A program made the translations under genes and the position numbers. A model generated the notes under the pieces. The model made no database searches, was not told the DNA's origin, and saw nothing but the letters and a program-made list of their open reading frames with translations. From Leucoraja ocellata (taxonomy: Eukaryota): DNA of 64,000 bases. The stretch is taken from contig JAWMAR010000175.1 of NCBI GenBank assembly GCA_036785375.1, positions 2,604,001-2,668,000 of the forward strand, read 5' to 3'. Below are positions 24,344-37,189 of the stretch, one piece after another; positions within the stretch are counted from its first letter, which is position 1, and each line of letters starts with the position of its first letter.

Positions 24344-25756
24344 CTAGACTAAGTGGGACCCGTTGGGTCCCATGTTCACACGGGAGGGCTGGTCCCCCAA
24401 CGCAATATTCCACCTCTCCACCAATTCCAATATTGGTGGCCATTTGGGGGGGGGGGGGGGTGTTCTGGAGCGCTAGTATGGGTTGTGGGCCAAAGGGACT
24501 GGTTTCCAGAGGGCTAGTATGGACCTTGTGGGCCGAATGGATTCTTGGGCTGGCAGCTCAGTCACTCAGGCCTGGTGGGCTGGCAGCTCAGTCACTCAGG
24601 CCTGGTGGGCTGTCAACTCAGAAACTGCCCGAAATTCTGCCCAAAACAGGTGAGAGAGGATGGAGACATTTTAGACATTTTTCATCTCTTTCTGCAGATC
24701 ACAGCAGTGAAGGAGGAAAGTCTATCCTGGCCTGGATCTCACAGGGAACCAATGAAGGGAGGGAAAAAATACTGGGGTGAGGTTTAATACTTGCAGGAGG
24801 AATACTTACTGATGGGCCGTAGGGACTCCTCCTGGGCTAGTACAGGCCTGATGGGCAGAAGAAACTCTTTAAAAAGAGTGAAATCTCAGTGAAAGGCACT
24901 TTTTCTGGAATTTTCCTTGCATGGCATGGGCCTTTTGGGCCAAAATGCTCCTTCTGGGCTAACATGGGCATTTTGGGCAAAAGGGACTGGTTTCTCGACT
25001 AATTGTGGGCCGAAATTAGTGGTTTCAGGCAGGCCAAGCAACTCATTTCATTTCATTTCCATTTCCATTTTGCATTTCCGTTTCAAGCACAGGGCAGGCC
25101 AAACAACACATTTCATTTCCATTTTGTATTGCAGTTTCAAGCACAGGGCAGGTCAAACAACTCATTTCACTTTATTTCCATTTCCATTTTGCATTGCAGT
25201 GTCAAGTGCAGGGCAGGCCAAACAACTCATGGCATTGTCATTTCATTTCCATTTTACATTGCAGTGTCAAGCACAGGGCAGGCCAAACAACTCATGGCGT
25301 TGTCATTTCATTTCCATTTTGCATTGCAGTCTCAAGCACAGGGCAGGCCAAACAACTCATGGCATTGTCATTAAGGGCTAACAAATCATTTATTGCAAGT
25401 ACATTGCGGACTCGCAGCTCAGTTGATTCACAGCTTAGAATCACAGTTGTGGCCTCTCTCTCGTAATCTTCCAGAGTGACTGACTCACGTCCAGGCATCC
25501 AGGGTTTTATAGTCCTGTCCCCCCCAGAAGGGGCGTTACCTTCATCATGGTGATTGACAGGCGAGAGGACCAATCAGCTGATCAAGATGTTTTAAACACT
25601 CATATCTTTTTTATTTTTCATCGATTGAAAAAATCCTCGTGGAGGAGGACTGAGTAAGATGGCCAAAAATCATAGCAATATAGGGTCAAGTTTTTTCTAA
25701 AATCAATATACAGCGCAGACAGGAAGTGGTCAAGATGAGACATTTAGTTATATAGA
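24344..25756 (-). mobile_element. Non-autonomous Helitron H2
   Basis: Minus strand: A|TCTATATAACTAAA ... TGGGACCC-AAC-GGGTCCCA (8-bp hairpin, 24354-24372) CTTAGT CTAG|T. No TSD, no TIR. Confidence 0.85.
25026..25372. repeat. Minisatellite (~5.5 units of 54-65 bp) inside Helitron H2
   Basis: Unit CAGGGCAGGCCAAACAACTCAT...CATTTCCATTTTGCATTGCAGTGTCAAGCA. Confidence 0.92.
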
Positions 25757-26309
25757 TTTGTTTAATGCCCAATTGTTTAAGTCTAGGTACTGGCATTAGT
25801 TTTCTCCTGATAAAGAGTTTTCAACTTTGAAATATACCGCATTAATATGAGCATGATGCTTGCTAGGAAGAACAACTTCTCAGCAACCATCAGGCTCTTG
25901 AACAATGCACCACACAAACCTCAGCAACTACGATCTTCAACGGAGATCCATATGCAGCCATCGTCCATGTCTTTGGCTGCACTACAGCCTTTGATTTTTG
26001 CACTGCTTTGGTTACATAGTATTAAGTTAATAAATGTATTGTATTAATGATTATTATATATATATATATGTGAGTTATTGCATTCAGTCGTGTTAAGCTG
26101 CAGTAAATAAGAATCTCATTGTTCTGTTGTTGGTACATATGACAATGAAACACTCTTAACACACTCCTGAACAGGCTATATGCATTGTAGATGTACATTG
26201 AGAAGCTACAGGTGATGTACATTTTAAAAAGGTAAAATGCTCAGCCCGCTTGGTATTTCCATCATTTTATTTCAGATTTTCACCTTCTGCTGCTTTTTGC
26301 TTTTTTTAC

Positions 26310-26517
26310 CCTTGGAAATTTTTCAGTGTTGAAAAAAATTTGAGTTTCACGAGCTTACCGCGTTTCCCGAGTACCTGTCGTTAGCGTTATGAGCCGCTAC
26401 AACGAGACGTCCACGAGGTTCGACGTACCTGCTACGTACATTCTACGTACTTATGAGTTTCATTTTTTTTTAGCTCGGGAGAGCTCTTGGGTAAACTCGC
26501 ATCTTGGGACAGGCCCT
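26310..26517. mobile_element. Truncated Harbinger-like MITE
   Basis: Only the right TIR (TGGGACAGGCCCT) followed by TTA is visible; CpG-rich interior. Confidence 0.55.
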
Positions 26518-27621
26518 TTATGTTTAAATCTTAGTTGAGGACTTATTCCATAGGTCAGATCGCTCATTGTGTCATTAACCTAGATTGTCCTTTTTTCTGG
26601 CCGAGACCCCAATGTGTAGGAAGAAACTGCAGATGCTGGTTTACACCGAAGATAGACAAAAAATGCTGGAGTAACTAAGCAGGACAGGCAGCACCACTGG
26701 AGAGAAGGAATGGGTCAACGGTCAGCCAAATGCAATTAGCTGTCAGGAGGTGGAACCAGAGGTCTGAAGGCCCGGATGGGTCGCCAAAAAAGGCACAAAG
26801 GATTTTGCACTGAGACGCAGTGTTAAAGACTTACAGCAATAATAAATTTGATCACACATTAAACCTCTTTTTTCTAATAATTTCCAATAAGATTTTTGCA
26901 ATGGGGATAAAAGGAGCAGCATACACTGGAATCTTGAGCAAAACACTACGTGGTGCTGAAACTCGGTGGGTCAGGCGAAATGGACAGGTGGCATTTCAGG
27001 TCAGGATCTTTTTTCAGAGAGATGGACTTGCGGGAAGAAAGCTGGAAAAGAGGGGGGGGGGGGGGGGGGAGGGAAATCACGTCAGATTTGTGCAATAATT
27101 GGTTTTAAAATGTAATGACAACCGCCACTAACTCAGAGGAACATTTTCCAACCAACTTGCGTGTAAAATGTCTCAGCTGAGACCGCTTGCTTGATCTTTG
27201 CGCTGTGTGCACCTTTAATTTAATGGTTTCTCTGATGGTTAAATTAATTTAGTTCCAATTATGGAATAAATAAATTAGGTGGGCCATTATTTCAAGAACA
27301 ATGTCTAATGGAAATAGAATTTGATGTAGAGCAACATGTTCAATTTGATGTAAAACATCAGTGTTCACATTTATTCTGCGCTGGATTAAATTAATTGACA
27401 CACAAGCAACATAAATTTGCATTTCTGACCGGCTTTGTAATGAAATGTACTCAAGCAGTAAACAAGGGATTGAGGAGTTGATTATTAGTGATTAGTGCTA
27501 ATCTGCAATGTGGAACCCACATACACTGTTTAATACCGAGGATGCACTGACCAAGTGACACTCAAAATACACATGTAAATAGAAAAACATGGAAGAATTT
27601 TACTCTTTGGAATTCTTCAAG

Positions 27622-28180
27622 CCATGTTATAACCATATAACAATTACAGCACGGAAACAGGCCATCTCGGCCCTACAAGTCCGTGCCAAACAACTTTTTT
27701 CCCTTAGTCCCACCTGCCTGCACTCATACCATAACCCTCCATTCCTTTCTCATCCATATGCCTATCCAATTTATTTTTAAATGATACCAACGAACCTGCC
27801 TCCACCACTTCCACTGAAAGCTCATTCCACACCACTACCACTCTCTGAGTAAAGAAGTTCCCCCTCATGTTACCCCTAAACTTCTGTCCCTTAATTCTGA
27901 AGTCATGTCCTCTTGTTTGAATCTTCCCTATTCTCAAAGGGAAAAGCTTGTCCACATCAACTCTGTCTATCCCTCTCATCATTTTAAAGACCTCTATCAA
28001 GTCTCCCCTTAACCTTCTGCGCTCCAGAGAATAAAGACCTAACTTATTCAACCTTTCTCTGTAACTTAGTTGCTGAAACCCAGGCAACATTCTAGTAAAT
28101 CTCCTCTGTACTCTCTATTTTGTTGACATCCTTCCTATAATTGGGCGACCAAAATTGTACACCATACTCCAGAATTGGTC
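27622..28180 (-). mobile_element. Young CR1-like LINE 3' fragment
   Basis: ORF 27704-28090(-) LSYRERLNKLGLYSLERRRLRGDLIEVFKMM...; near-identical to 31356-31966. Confidence 0.9.
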
Positions 28181-28297
28181 TAATAAATTATACATTAGAT
28201 CCAGGATAAAATAGTGTGAAAATGCACCTGTAGGTTACCCTCAATCATGATATTTAGACAGAAGAAGATAGGCAAATGCAACTAGCTTAGGTAGTTA

Positions 28298-28465
28298 GGA
28301 ATGGGTGACATTTCAGGTCGAGACCCTTCTTCAGACTGAAGAAGGGTCTCGACCCGAAACGTCACCCATTCCTTCTCTCCAGAGATGCTGCCTATCCCGC
28401 TGAGTTACATCAGCATTTTGTGTCTACCTTCAAATTAAACCAGCATCTGCAGTTCTTTCCTATAC
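28298..28465. mobile_element. Penelope pseudo-LTR with head-to-head hammerhead motifs
   Basis: Palindrome centred at ~28335; the plus copy reads CTGAAGA-A-GGGTCTCGACCC-GAAAC-GTC (28336-28363). Confidence 0.75.
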
Positions 28466-28529
28466 AACTTGCTTAGATTGGGCGTCTTGGTTGGCATAAA
28501 TGAGTTGGATGGAAGGGCCACTTTCTATG

Positions 28530-29122
28530 TTGTACAACTACGTGAATCAAATCTTAAAAGTATGTGCATAGCAATCTGTGGTGTGAATTTGTGGAATGGT
28601 CTGGAACAGGAGATAAAACTTAGCACAAGCATAATTCAGTTTAAAAAGATGTACAAAAACACTTGTTTAAAAGGATATTGGGATGAGGATAGGTGATTGT
28701 GATATTTGTTATACTGATTGTATTGGGAAGGGTGATTATAGAGTGATGGGTTGTAAAATATGACTAAGATGCTGTATAGTATTTGCGGGTTTTTTCTTTT
28801 CTTTTTCTTTTTTGTATGGCTTTGTAAATATTTGATTAGTGTTCAAATATAAATAATTTGGTGTACATATAGTGGCTGGTGTACATATGGTGTACATATA
28901 GCTGCTAAATTTGTATGAGATAATTACAAGCAGTTAAATAAGGGGTGGAAATTAATAAGCTTTGGCTTCTTCCTGCTCCTTTTCAGACACATATGATTTC
29001 ATTTATTTATAGATATTGTTTATGACACTTTTTTAATAAATATTTGTGGTTTTTTTGTATGCTGTTTCACATTTGCTTTTTTATTCTTTTATTCTGTCCG
29101 AAATAAATAACTAATAAATAAT
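28530..29122 (+). mobile_element. L2-group (Crack/Daphne-like) LINE 3' fragment
   Basis: LKSMCI..CGVNLWNGL..EIK..TSI..FKK.YK, an AT-rich 3' UTR and a (TAAA)-like tail. Confidence 0.55.
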
Positions 29123-29334
29123 TTTTTTTTTTTAATTTATAACACCACGCCCGTCAGCACATCCGAATCAAAAAGTAAGACTCCCCTTTGACCTTGCAAT
29201 TAACCTAATATCTTTGCAGCAATTTTGTGGTAATTAAATTGAAATGTTTAATCCAAGTTTTCAGGTGCTGAGAGTTTGTCTGCAAACAGGATGTCCCCAA
29301 TCTCAATCAGTCCCCAGTCCTCAGTCTCAAAAAC

Positions 29335-29663
29335 TCCACACACGAGCCCACGACTGGATGGAGAGAGGAATCACTCCGACTGAATGCCTCGCCAGCGGGC
29401 ACGACCTCCCATGGCCAACCTGGAAGACCCTCAACAGATTACGAGTGGAGCAGGGGAGGTACAAAGCACTTATGAAAGCATGGAACTACCAGGCAGAAGA
29501 CACATGCAGCTGTGGAGCAGTACAGACAATGTCCCACCTACTGGAGTGTGACGACATCCCCTAGTGCAGCCCCCAGGACCTGGCTGAACCGACCCGACCA
29601 GCTGTGACCTGCGCCAGATACTGGCAGAACGACATCTGAGATTGCAACGGAATCGAAGAAGAA
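29335..29663 (+). mobile_element. 5'-truncated Vingi-like LINE
   Basis: LPWPTWKTLNRLR..GR..W.Y...CSCGAVQTMSHLLEC; (GAA)n tail; 12-bp TSD AGTCTCAAAAAC at 29323-29334 and 29664-29675. Confidence 0.85.
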
Positions 29664-31078
29664 AGTCTCAAAAACGATTGTTAATCCTCTAACAATTAGA
29701 TAGCAAAGCCTTCTCCCACCCCCCCATGCATATCGATAGTAAGACAAGGAAGGACTTCATGCTGTAGCATTTCCCCAAGTCTTGTCATACATTAGACCCA
29801 TTATTAAATGGTATGGAGACATATCTGTAGGCTGACCTCAATAATAAAATGTACATGAATAAGTATAAATATCAAACTAAATAAAAAGTTGTTTTATTGA
29901 GGCCATTTTATTTAGCCTTGTCAAACTAAGTATTGTTGCTTACTGTTACACAAAGTAAAACTAGAAAAGAAAAACAGTTCACAAACCACAGGGAAAAAAT
30001 GTCAAACAAAATGAGTCACAAATAAATTCACAAGGCAAGCTGACTAACTAGAAGCCACACAATGGGAGATGCACTTGTGACAGCGTTTGCTTCATACTAA
30101 AGATAAACTTATATTGCAACATATGGTGAAAGAACATTCTGTATTTCTCTGGTGAATTGGTGAACATGCTGTTTCAACTGCTGGGATTAAGTAAGTTGTC
30201 ACATTATGGCCTTTTATTGTCTTACATTTCCAAAACGTCAACCAAGGTCTGACTAATACTGCATCTATGCAGTGTGACTCCTCATTTTTGTCACTGTCTG
30301 CCTGTTATTCCTTCCTCTGCTGATGCCCTAGTCTTTGGTAATTATGCTTTGAGTGTGAAAAAATGTCAGTACTGGCAGGCTAATAATGCCAATTTAACAC
30401 TGAAAATGCCCCAAAGCAATTTTACCTGATGTCCACAAAGAAGCACTTCTCGTTACTGGATTGCAACAATGATCTGCAATCCTAACCATATGTGATCCTG
30501 TAATCTGTAATGTTGGGTAATCCAATGAAAGAGTTAGTGGACCCATGTGGTCGTGTTCATAACCAACTCAAAGTATTTCCATTAGGTTACATCTTGTGAA
30601 CTGGGTTTTGATATGAAAAAGCAAATGAATAGGGTAGAAAAGATTTAGCAGGATATGGGCCAAATGCAGACAAATGGGACTCGTTGAGATGGGGAATCTT
30701 GGTAGGCATGGATAATTTGGGCCAAAAGGCCTGTTTCTGTGCTTTATGATTCTATGAATATATGAATAAATCTGACAGACAAAAAAATAAAATTGGGAAA
30801 AGACATGAAAATCCAATTTTTTTGATCTGTGTGTTAGCTCTGCTTAATGAACATGGTCCTTGTTAAAACCAAAATGCCCATTTCAGGTCCCAAAAGCCAT
30901 TTAAGGATTCGAGCGTTTCAAATCTTCAGTACCCCTCAGGGCACATCCCACAATCTGCAAAAGGCAATTAAAGAAAAACAATGCAAATTATTGTCTCAAA
31001 GCATTCCCCATAATGTTGCTTCGTCTTTGTTCCCGACAAGAAATTCCGTAAACATAATTTCAATTTTTGCAACACTCA

Positions 31079-31291
31079 AGGGCTTGTCCCACATGCCGAT
31101 TTTTTCGGCGACTGCCGGCATCATTGATTGATGTATCAGGTCACCGAAAAATTTGCGGCGTGACGCGGCAGTGACGTATGACGCGCGGCGTTTTTTCAAG
31201 TGTTGCAACATTTTTTATTTCTTGCCGCTGGATTTTGAAATGTTCAAAATCTTTTGGCAACACTGATATGACACGAAGTGGGACAGGCCCT
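31079..31291. mobile_element. MITE (PIF/Harbinger-like)
   Basis: AGGGCTTGTCCCAC / GTGGGACAGGCCCT TIRs; TCA and TTA flanks. Confidence 0.72.
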
Positions 31292-31355
31292 TTACCGTTC
31301 AAAATACCTTAAAACATTCTCCCAAATATTGAGAAGGATATAGCTATGCTATTTA

Positions 31356-31966
31356 TAATAACCATATAACCATATAACAATTACAGCACGGAAACAGGCC
31401 ATCTCGGCCCTACAAGTCCGTGCCGAACAACTTTTTTCCCTTAGTCCCACCTGCCTGCACTCACACCATAACCCTCCATTCCCTTCTCATCCATATGCCT
31501 ATCCAATTTATTTTTAAATGATACCAACGAACCTGCCTCCACCACTTCCACTGGGAGCTCATTCCACACCGCTACCACTCTCTGAGTAAAGAAGTTCCCC
31601 CTCATGTTACCCCTAAACATCTGTCCCTTAATTCTGAAGTCATGTCCTCTTGTTTGAATCTTCCCTATTCTCAAAGGGAAAAGCTTGTCCACATCAACTC
31701 TGTCTATCCCTCTCATCATTTTAAAGACCTCTATCAAGTCCCCCCTTAACCTTCTGCGCTCCAGAGAATAAAGACCTAACTTATTCAACCTATCTCTGTA
31801 ACTTAGTTGTTGAAACCCAGGCAATATTCTAGTAAATCTCCTCTGTACTCTCTCTATTTTGTTGACATCCTACCTATAATTGGGCGACCAAAATTGTACA
31901 CCATACTCCAGATTTGGTCTCACCAATGCCTTGTACAATTTTAACATTACATCCCAGCTTCTATAC
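31356..31966 (-). mobile_element. Young CR1-like LINE 3' fragment
   Basis: ORF 31441-31824(-); (TTATATGG)n tail; near-identical to 27622-28180. Confidence 0.9.
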
Positions 31967-34894
31967 TCATACTATAATCACGTTTAACATTTGTTATTTG
32001 TATTGGTCCTAAATTTTGGCATATATTGCATTTATAAAGACAAAAGGATTTTCACACCCAATTATTTGTTCCACATTTCTGCACCACGATTTGAAGGAAT
32101 ACAGTTCTTGAATTCTTTTTTTCTTTCTCTCCAAGTGTGTTCGACCGTCCCGATGTCGGAGTTTCGATCATCCCGACGCGAGGGCCTGGACATCCGGCCC
32201 TCCGCAACGGCGACTGAGGTTCATGGCCCTGACCATGGATGGACGGGGGAGGAGGACTTACTGAACTTTGGTTACACAGAAAAGCTGGAGAAACTCAGAG
32301 GGTGCAGCAGCATCTATGGAGCGAAGGAAATAGGCAACGTTTCGGGCCGAAACCCTTCTTCAGACTGGACTTTGTTGCCTTCCACCACACTGAAGAATGT
32401 TGTGGTGGATGTTTGTTGAATTCTGTTGTGTCTTGTATGTTCTTTTTTCAATTGCATCGCTGCATGGCAAATTAATTTCACTGGGCCTTATTTGGTGCAT
32501 GTGACGAATAAATTTGAACTTTGACCAGTGATCATAAAGATATGAATGAATAAAATTGAGACCATTGACTGAATAGAGATAATATTAAGCAGTACAGCAA
32601 AGAACAGGCCTTTGGGCCCACAGTGTCTGTGCCGAACTTGATGCCAAGACCAACTCTTATTTGTCTGTGTGTTCTATGCTGTTTAGATGTTGTTGTCCAT
32701 AACTGTTACTTACCTAATTCCCCAAACTCTGCATGAAAACCCTTAAGACCAGCACAAAAGGCCTTGTGCTTTATTAGGCTGGATGCATTGAAGTGGAATG
32801 GAATGTAGAACTGAAACTAAAGTCTGGGCTCCCTGATAGCTGAATTAATGAAACCTCATCCAACTTGGGGAAGGGCCATAGTGTTATTACATAATCCAAA
32901 AATGCAAATGAGGATATTAATGACTTCACTATTCCTCATCAGTGAGCACATCATTTGTTGGAGTGAAGAGCACTATTCCCGAAATAGCAAACCTCCAAAT
33001 AGCAAAGTTCAGATGTTCTTCTGATGTTTTTCCATACATGCTCCAAGAGGCAAGGACTTTTGTCCAGCCCAGCCACACCTATGTTAGAAGCAGGGGGGAC
33101 GGCATGGTGTTGATTATCTGTCGATTATCCTCCCTTTGTCTTGAAAGAGGTAACATACAAGATTATTTTACCATTGTCCCACAGAGTTCCTTGACAAACA
33201 GGTCAGAATTTAAAACAAGATGAACAGGAAAGTTTCATGGGGGACTTGGTCATACAGAATCCTATATTTAGTGTTGTTAACAGTCTGTTCCTATCTCACG
33301 GTTGTCAATCAATGTGAAAGGAACATTGTTCAACTGTTCTCCATGGAACACATCTGCTGAACTAGGAATTATCCCTTACATTATAATCTCTGCTTCACAA
33401 CAGAAAATATGAATACATCATGCTTTACAAATACAGCAGAGGAGGAATATTCGGTTTAAAGTCCATAAAACGGCACAAGAGAAATGCAAACCTCATATAG
33501 AGTGGGAAATAATACAATATGATTACATCAAACTGACGTGGTTAATAGCATTGATATTGAGGCACAGTGATGTCAAGACCAGACTACAAATTGTTCAGAA
33601 GCATCAGTGCTCGAGACTCTGCATACCAATTTTACCCAAGTATTTCATATTTGCTTTGTGTTGTTCATTTAAAAATTCAGTTAGTTTATATCCTATATAT
33701 TTTTCAGGATGGAAGCATTGGTGGCAGGCCAGTATTTCTTTCCTAGTTCCATCCCTAGTTCCCCGTGGGAGGGTTACGGTGAGCTGCCTCCTTCACCTGC
33801 TGCAGTCCTTCTGGTAAGAATAGTCCACAGTGCAATTGGAGGAGTTCCAGGATTTAGACCCGGCAACAACAAAGGACCGGTGGTGCATTACCAAATTGGG
33901 ACGGTGCAAGAAATGGAGGGCATAAGCTTATTATTGAACGTATACTGAGATACAGTGAAAAGTCTTTGTTCCTGGACTATCTTGTCAAATCAAAATATAA
34001 ATGAGTACAATCAAGCCATACACAAGTACAACAGGTAATGCAGAATATAATATTACAGCAGTGTGGCGTTGTAGTTATGAGGAAAAAGTTCAATGTCTGC
34101 ACAAAACAGGTTTTAAGATGGAAATTACACCCTACGTTGTAGACCTAGTATGCTTAGTGGTCTTTTTACACACCAATTAAGAATACAAATACAACATTGG
34201 CTAGGCTTTATCTGTCGAATAGTCCACAAGGAGGATTTAAATTTGATCACCAGTCTGGGCTGAATTAGTGGATATTAACCAGGGCACAGGTAGATTAATG
34301 CTGAAGCAATTGGATTTAACAACACCAGATTAGTAAGGGAGAGAGAATTGCAGCAGAATTATTTGCTCACTGTCTGTGGAGAAATGAATGGAAAATAAAG
34401 TTGAGATCTTCTCTTGTGAATTTTCAACCTTTTTAAAATATATATATCTATATATGTGATGTATTTATCAAAGGGAGCTGTTACCTGCCAGCTTCTTTTC
34501 TTGGATTGCTTGTACATACATGTATAGATGATAATGTTGATCGTTAGAAACATTACAAATTTCAGACTTGAATTGTTTTCTCTGGAACACTGGAGGTTGC
34601 AGGGAGACCTGACAGAGATATATACAATTACGAGAGGACATAGATAGGGTAGACCAGGATGGAAAAATCTAATACAAGAGGACATAGCTTTAAGGTGAGA
34701 GGGACAAAATTTAAAGGAGATGTGCGAGGGAAGTTTTTTTTAATTACACAGAGGGTATTGAGTGCCTGGAACTTGCACGAGTGCCGCATCTCAGTGACTT
34801 TTGGATAGGCACATGGATATACAGGGAATGGAGGGTTATGGATGATGTGCAGGCAGATAAGAGGTGGTCTTAGCATCAAATTCGGCACACATTG

Positions 34895-35078
34895 GGCAGC
34901 GCAGCGGTAGAGTTGCTGTCTTACAGTGCTTGCACCACTGGAGACCCGTGTTCGATCCTCACTACGGGTGCTGTCTGTATGGAGTTTGTTTGTTGTACGT
35001 TCTTCCCGTGACCGCGTGGGTTTTCTCAGAGACCTTCAGTTTCCTCCCACACTCCAAAGACATACAGGTTTGTAGATT
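34895..35078 (+). mobile_element. V-SINE (HE1-like) 5' part
   Basis: GCGCAGCGGTAGAGTTGCTG...GTTCGATCC...TTTCCTCCCAC. Confidence 0.75.
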
Positions 35079-35350
35079 AAGTAGGAAGGAGCTGCAGATC
35101 CTGGTTTAAACCGAAGATAGACATAAAATGCTGGAGTAACTCAGCAGGGCAGGAAACATCTCTGGAGAGAAGGAATGCGTAATGTTTCGGGTCGAGACAC
35201 TTCTTCAGACTGAAGAGCCATTTCTCGACCCAAAATGAGATTAATTATATCTATTTTTAAATGTTCACAGAACTAATACTAAACTCCTACACAAAGAGAG
35301 GGAGTGTTGCTTCTGAAAATAATCTATGGGATGAGTATTTAGTAATAAAA

Positions 35351-36687
35351 CTAGACTAATTGGTCCCCGACGTAATATTTCACCTCTCCACCAAATCCAA
35401 TATTGGTGGCCAGTTGGGGGGGGGGGGGGCTTTCTGATGCACTGGTATGGGTGTTGTTGGCTGCAGTGACCACTGGTCTCCAGAAGGCTAGTGTGAACAT
35501 TGTGGGCCAAATGTATTCTTGGGGTGGCAACTCAGTCCCTCAAGCCTGATGTGCTGGCAGCTCACTCACTCTCGGCTGGTGGGCTGGCAGTTGACTCACG
35601 GCTATTCCTTGAAATTCCATTTCTAGCAGAGTGCTAGGCCACCAAATTCAAATTCATTTTCCTACCATTTCAAGCAGGGTGCAAGGCCACCAAATTCAAG
35701 TGCAGTTTAATACCATTTCATGCAGGGTGCAACGACACCACATTCAAATGCAGTTTCATACTATTTCAAACAGGGTGAAACCACCATAAAAACCACCATA
35801 AAATCACACAGTAGACATTCAGTGTGTTCAGTTGATTCACAGCTCAGACAGAGTCGTGACCTCTCCCTCCCCCATCATGCAGAGACTGAGCCATGCCCAC
35901 ACTCCTGGGTTTTATAACCCCTCCCCCTCCCACCGGAAAAGGTGTGGCCTTCATGGAGTGATTGACAGCAGAGAGTTTCTCAACATTATTTAAACACTAA
36001 TAACACTTTTGTGTTTCATTGATGGGAAGAATCCTCTGCACCTGATGAGAGGAGGGGAACTGAGTAAGATGGCCAAAAATCACAGCCGTAAGTGGTAGCA
36101 TTTTATCTAAAATCAATATAGTGCAAATAGGAAGTTATCAAGTTTAGACAAACAACCATTTGCAGGCAGTGCCTTTTCACTTCAACCCAAACCACACGAA
36201 CAACCATTTGCAGGCAGTGCCTTTTTACTTCAACCCAAATCCCCCAAACAACCATTTGCAGGCAGTGCCTTTTTACTTTAACCCAAAGCCCCCAAACAAC
36301 CATTTGCAGGCAGTGCCTTTTTATTTCAAACCAACCATATTTTCATTTTCAAATCACACTAAGGGCACTCACAGTTGCGTAGACATGTGTTCAGTGTTCT
36401 TCAGAGCTCAGAGAGATGGCTACCTCCATCCTGCAGAGTGAGGCACACCACTTCCTGGTTTTATAGTCCCTCCCCTCCCTCCAGCAGGGGCAGCAGAGAG
36501 AATGGCAATTTAAAAAAAAACATTAATATCTCTCTGATTTTTCATCGGGAAAAATCCTCTGGTCCCGGAAGGCGGAGGGGGGCTCTGAGCGAAGTGGCCA
36601 AAATTGACGGCCGTAGGTGGCGGCGTTCTCGGAAATCGCAGCACAGTGGGCCAAAAGCGGTCAAGATCAGACTTTTAGTGATATAGA
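35351..36687 (-). mobile_element. Non-autonomous Helitron H3 (composite)
   Basis: Minus strand A|TCTATATCACTAAAAG ... CTAG|T. Homologous to H2 at both ends, with the 3' hairpin deleted. Internal ~48-bp tandem repeats at 36150-36335. Confidence 0.75.
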
Positions 36688-37189
36688 TAGATCTATTGGC
36701 ATTTGAAAATATATAAATAAATGTAGAAGTTTTTTTTAATGCAAGGATTAAGTGTCATCAATATTACGAGTGAGCTCCTTGGATGGGAAATTGTCTACAG
36801 TATTTTGATGTGAATATGATGAGGGCAATTTAACTCATGAATTTTATTTTCCTCGTCTGCATAAAGTTGCTTAATTTTAATATGTGGGGACTGTTTGTGG
36901 GGAAGGTTTCCAAATGGAACATTTTGGTGCTCAAATGAAACTTGGTGTCCAAATCACTAAAAAGCCGACATCCAAATTCATCAGCAACAAGGAAGGCAAA
37001 GTCAATAATCCAAGAAAGGTTCTGTTGAGGAGTAAATAAATCTTACAATTATATCGGACTTTGGCAAAGCCACACCAGGAGTGTTGCATACACCTTTGAC
37101 CTCCTTTACCAGTCTGATTCCTGGGTCAGCGGATTTGTCATATATTGGTTGGGTGGACAAAGATATTGTTTGTTCTGTACTGAACAGAT

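Noticed and set aside
25026-25372. Regularly spaced repeats resembling a CRISPR array
   Set aside because: The units are tandem with no unique spacers, there are no cas genes, and the context is a vertebrate Helitron.
30426-30497. Possible phase-1/phase-1 minus-strand exon (SHMVRIADHCCNPVTRSASLWTS)
   Set aside because: The frame is compatible, but the acceptor lacks a polypyrimidine tract and the peptide is unrecognisable.
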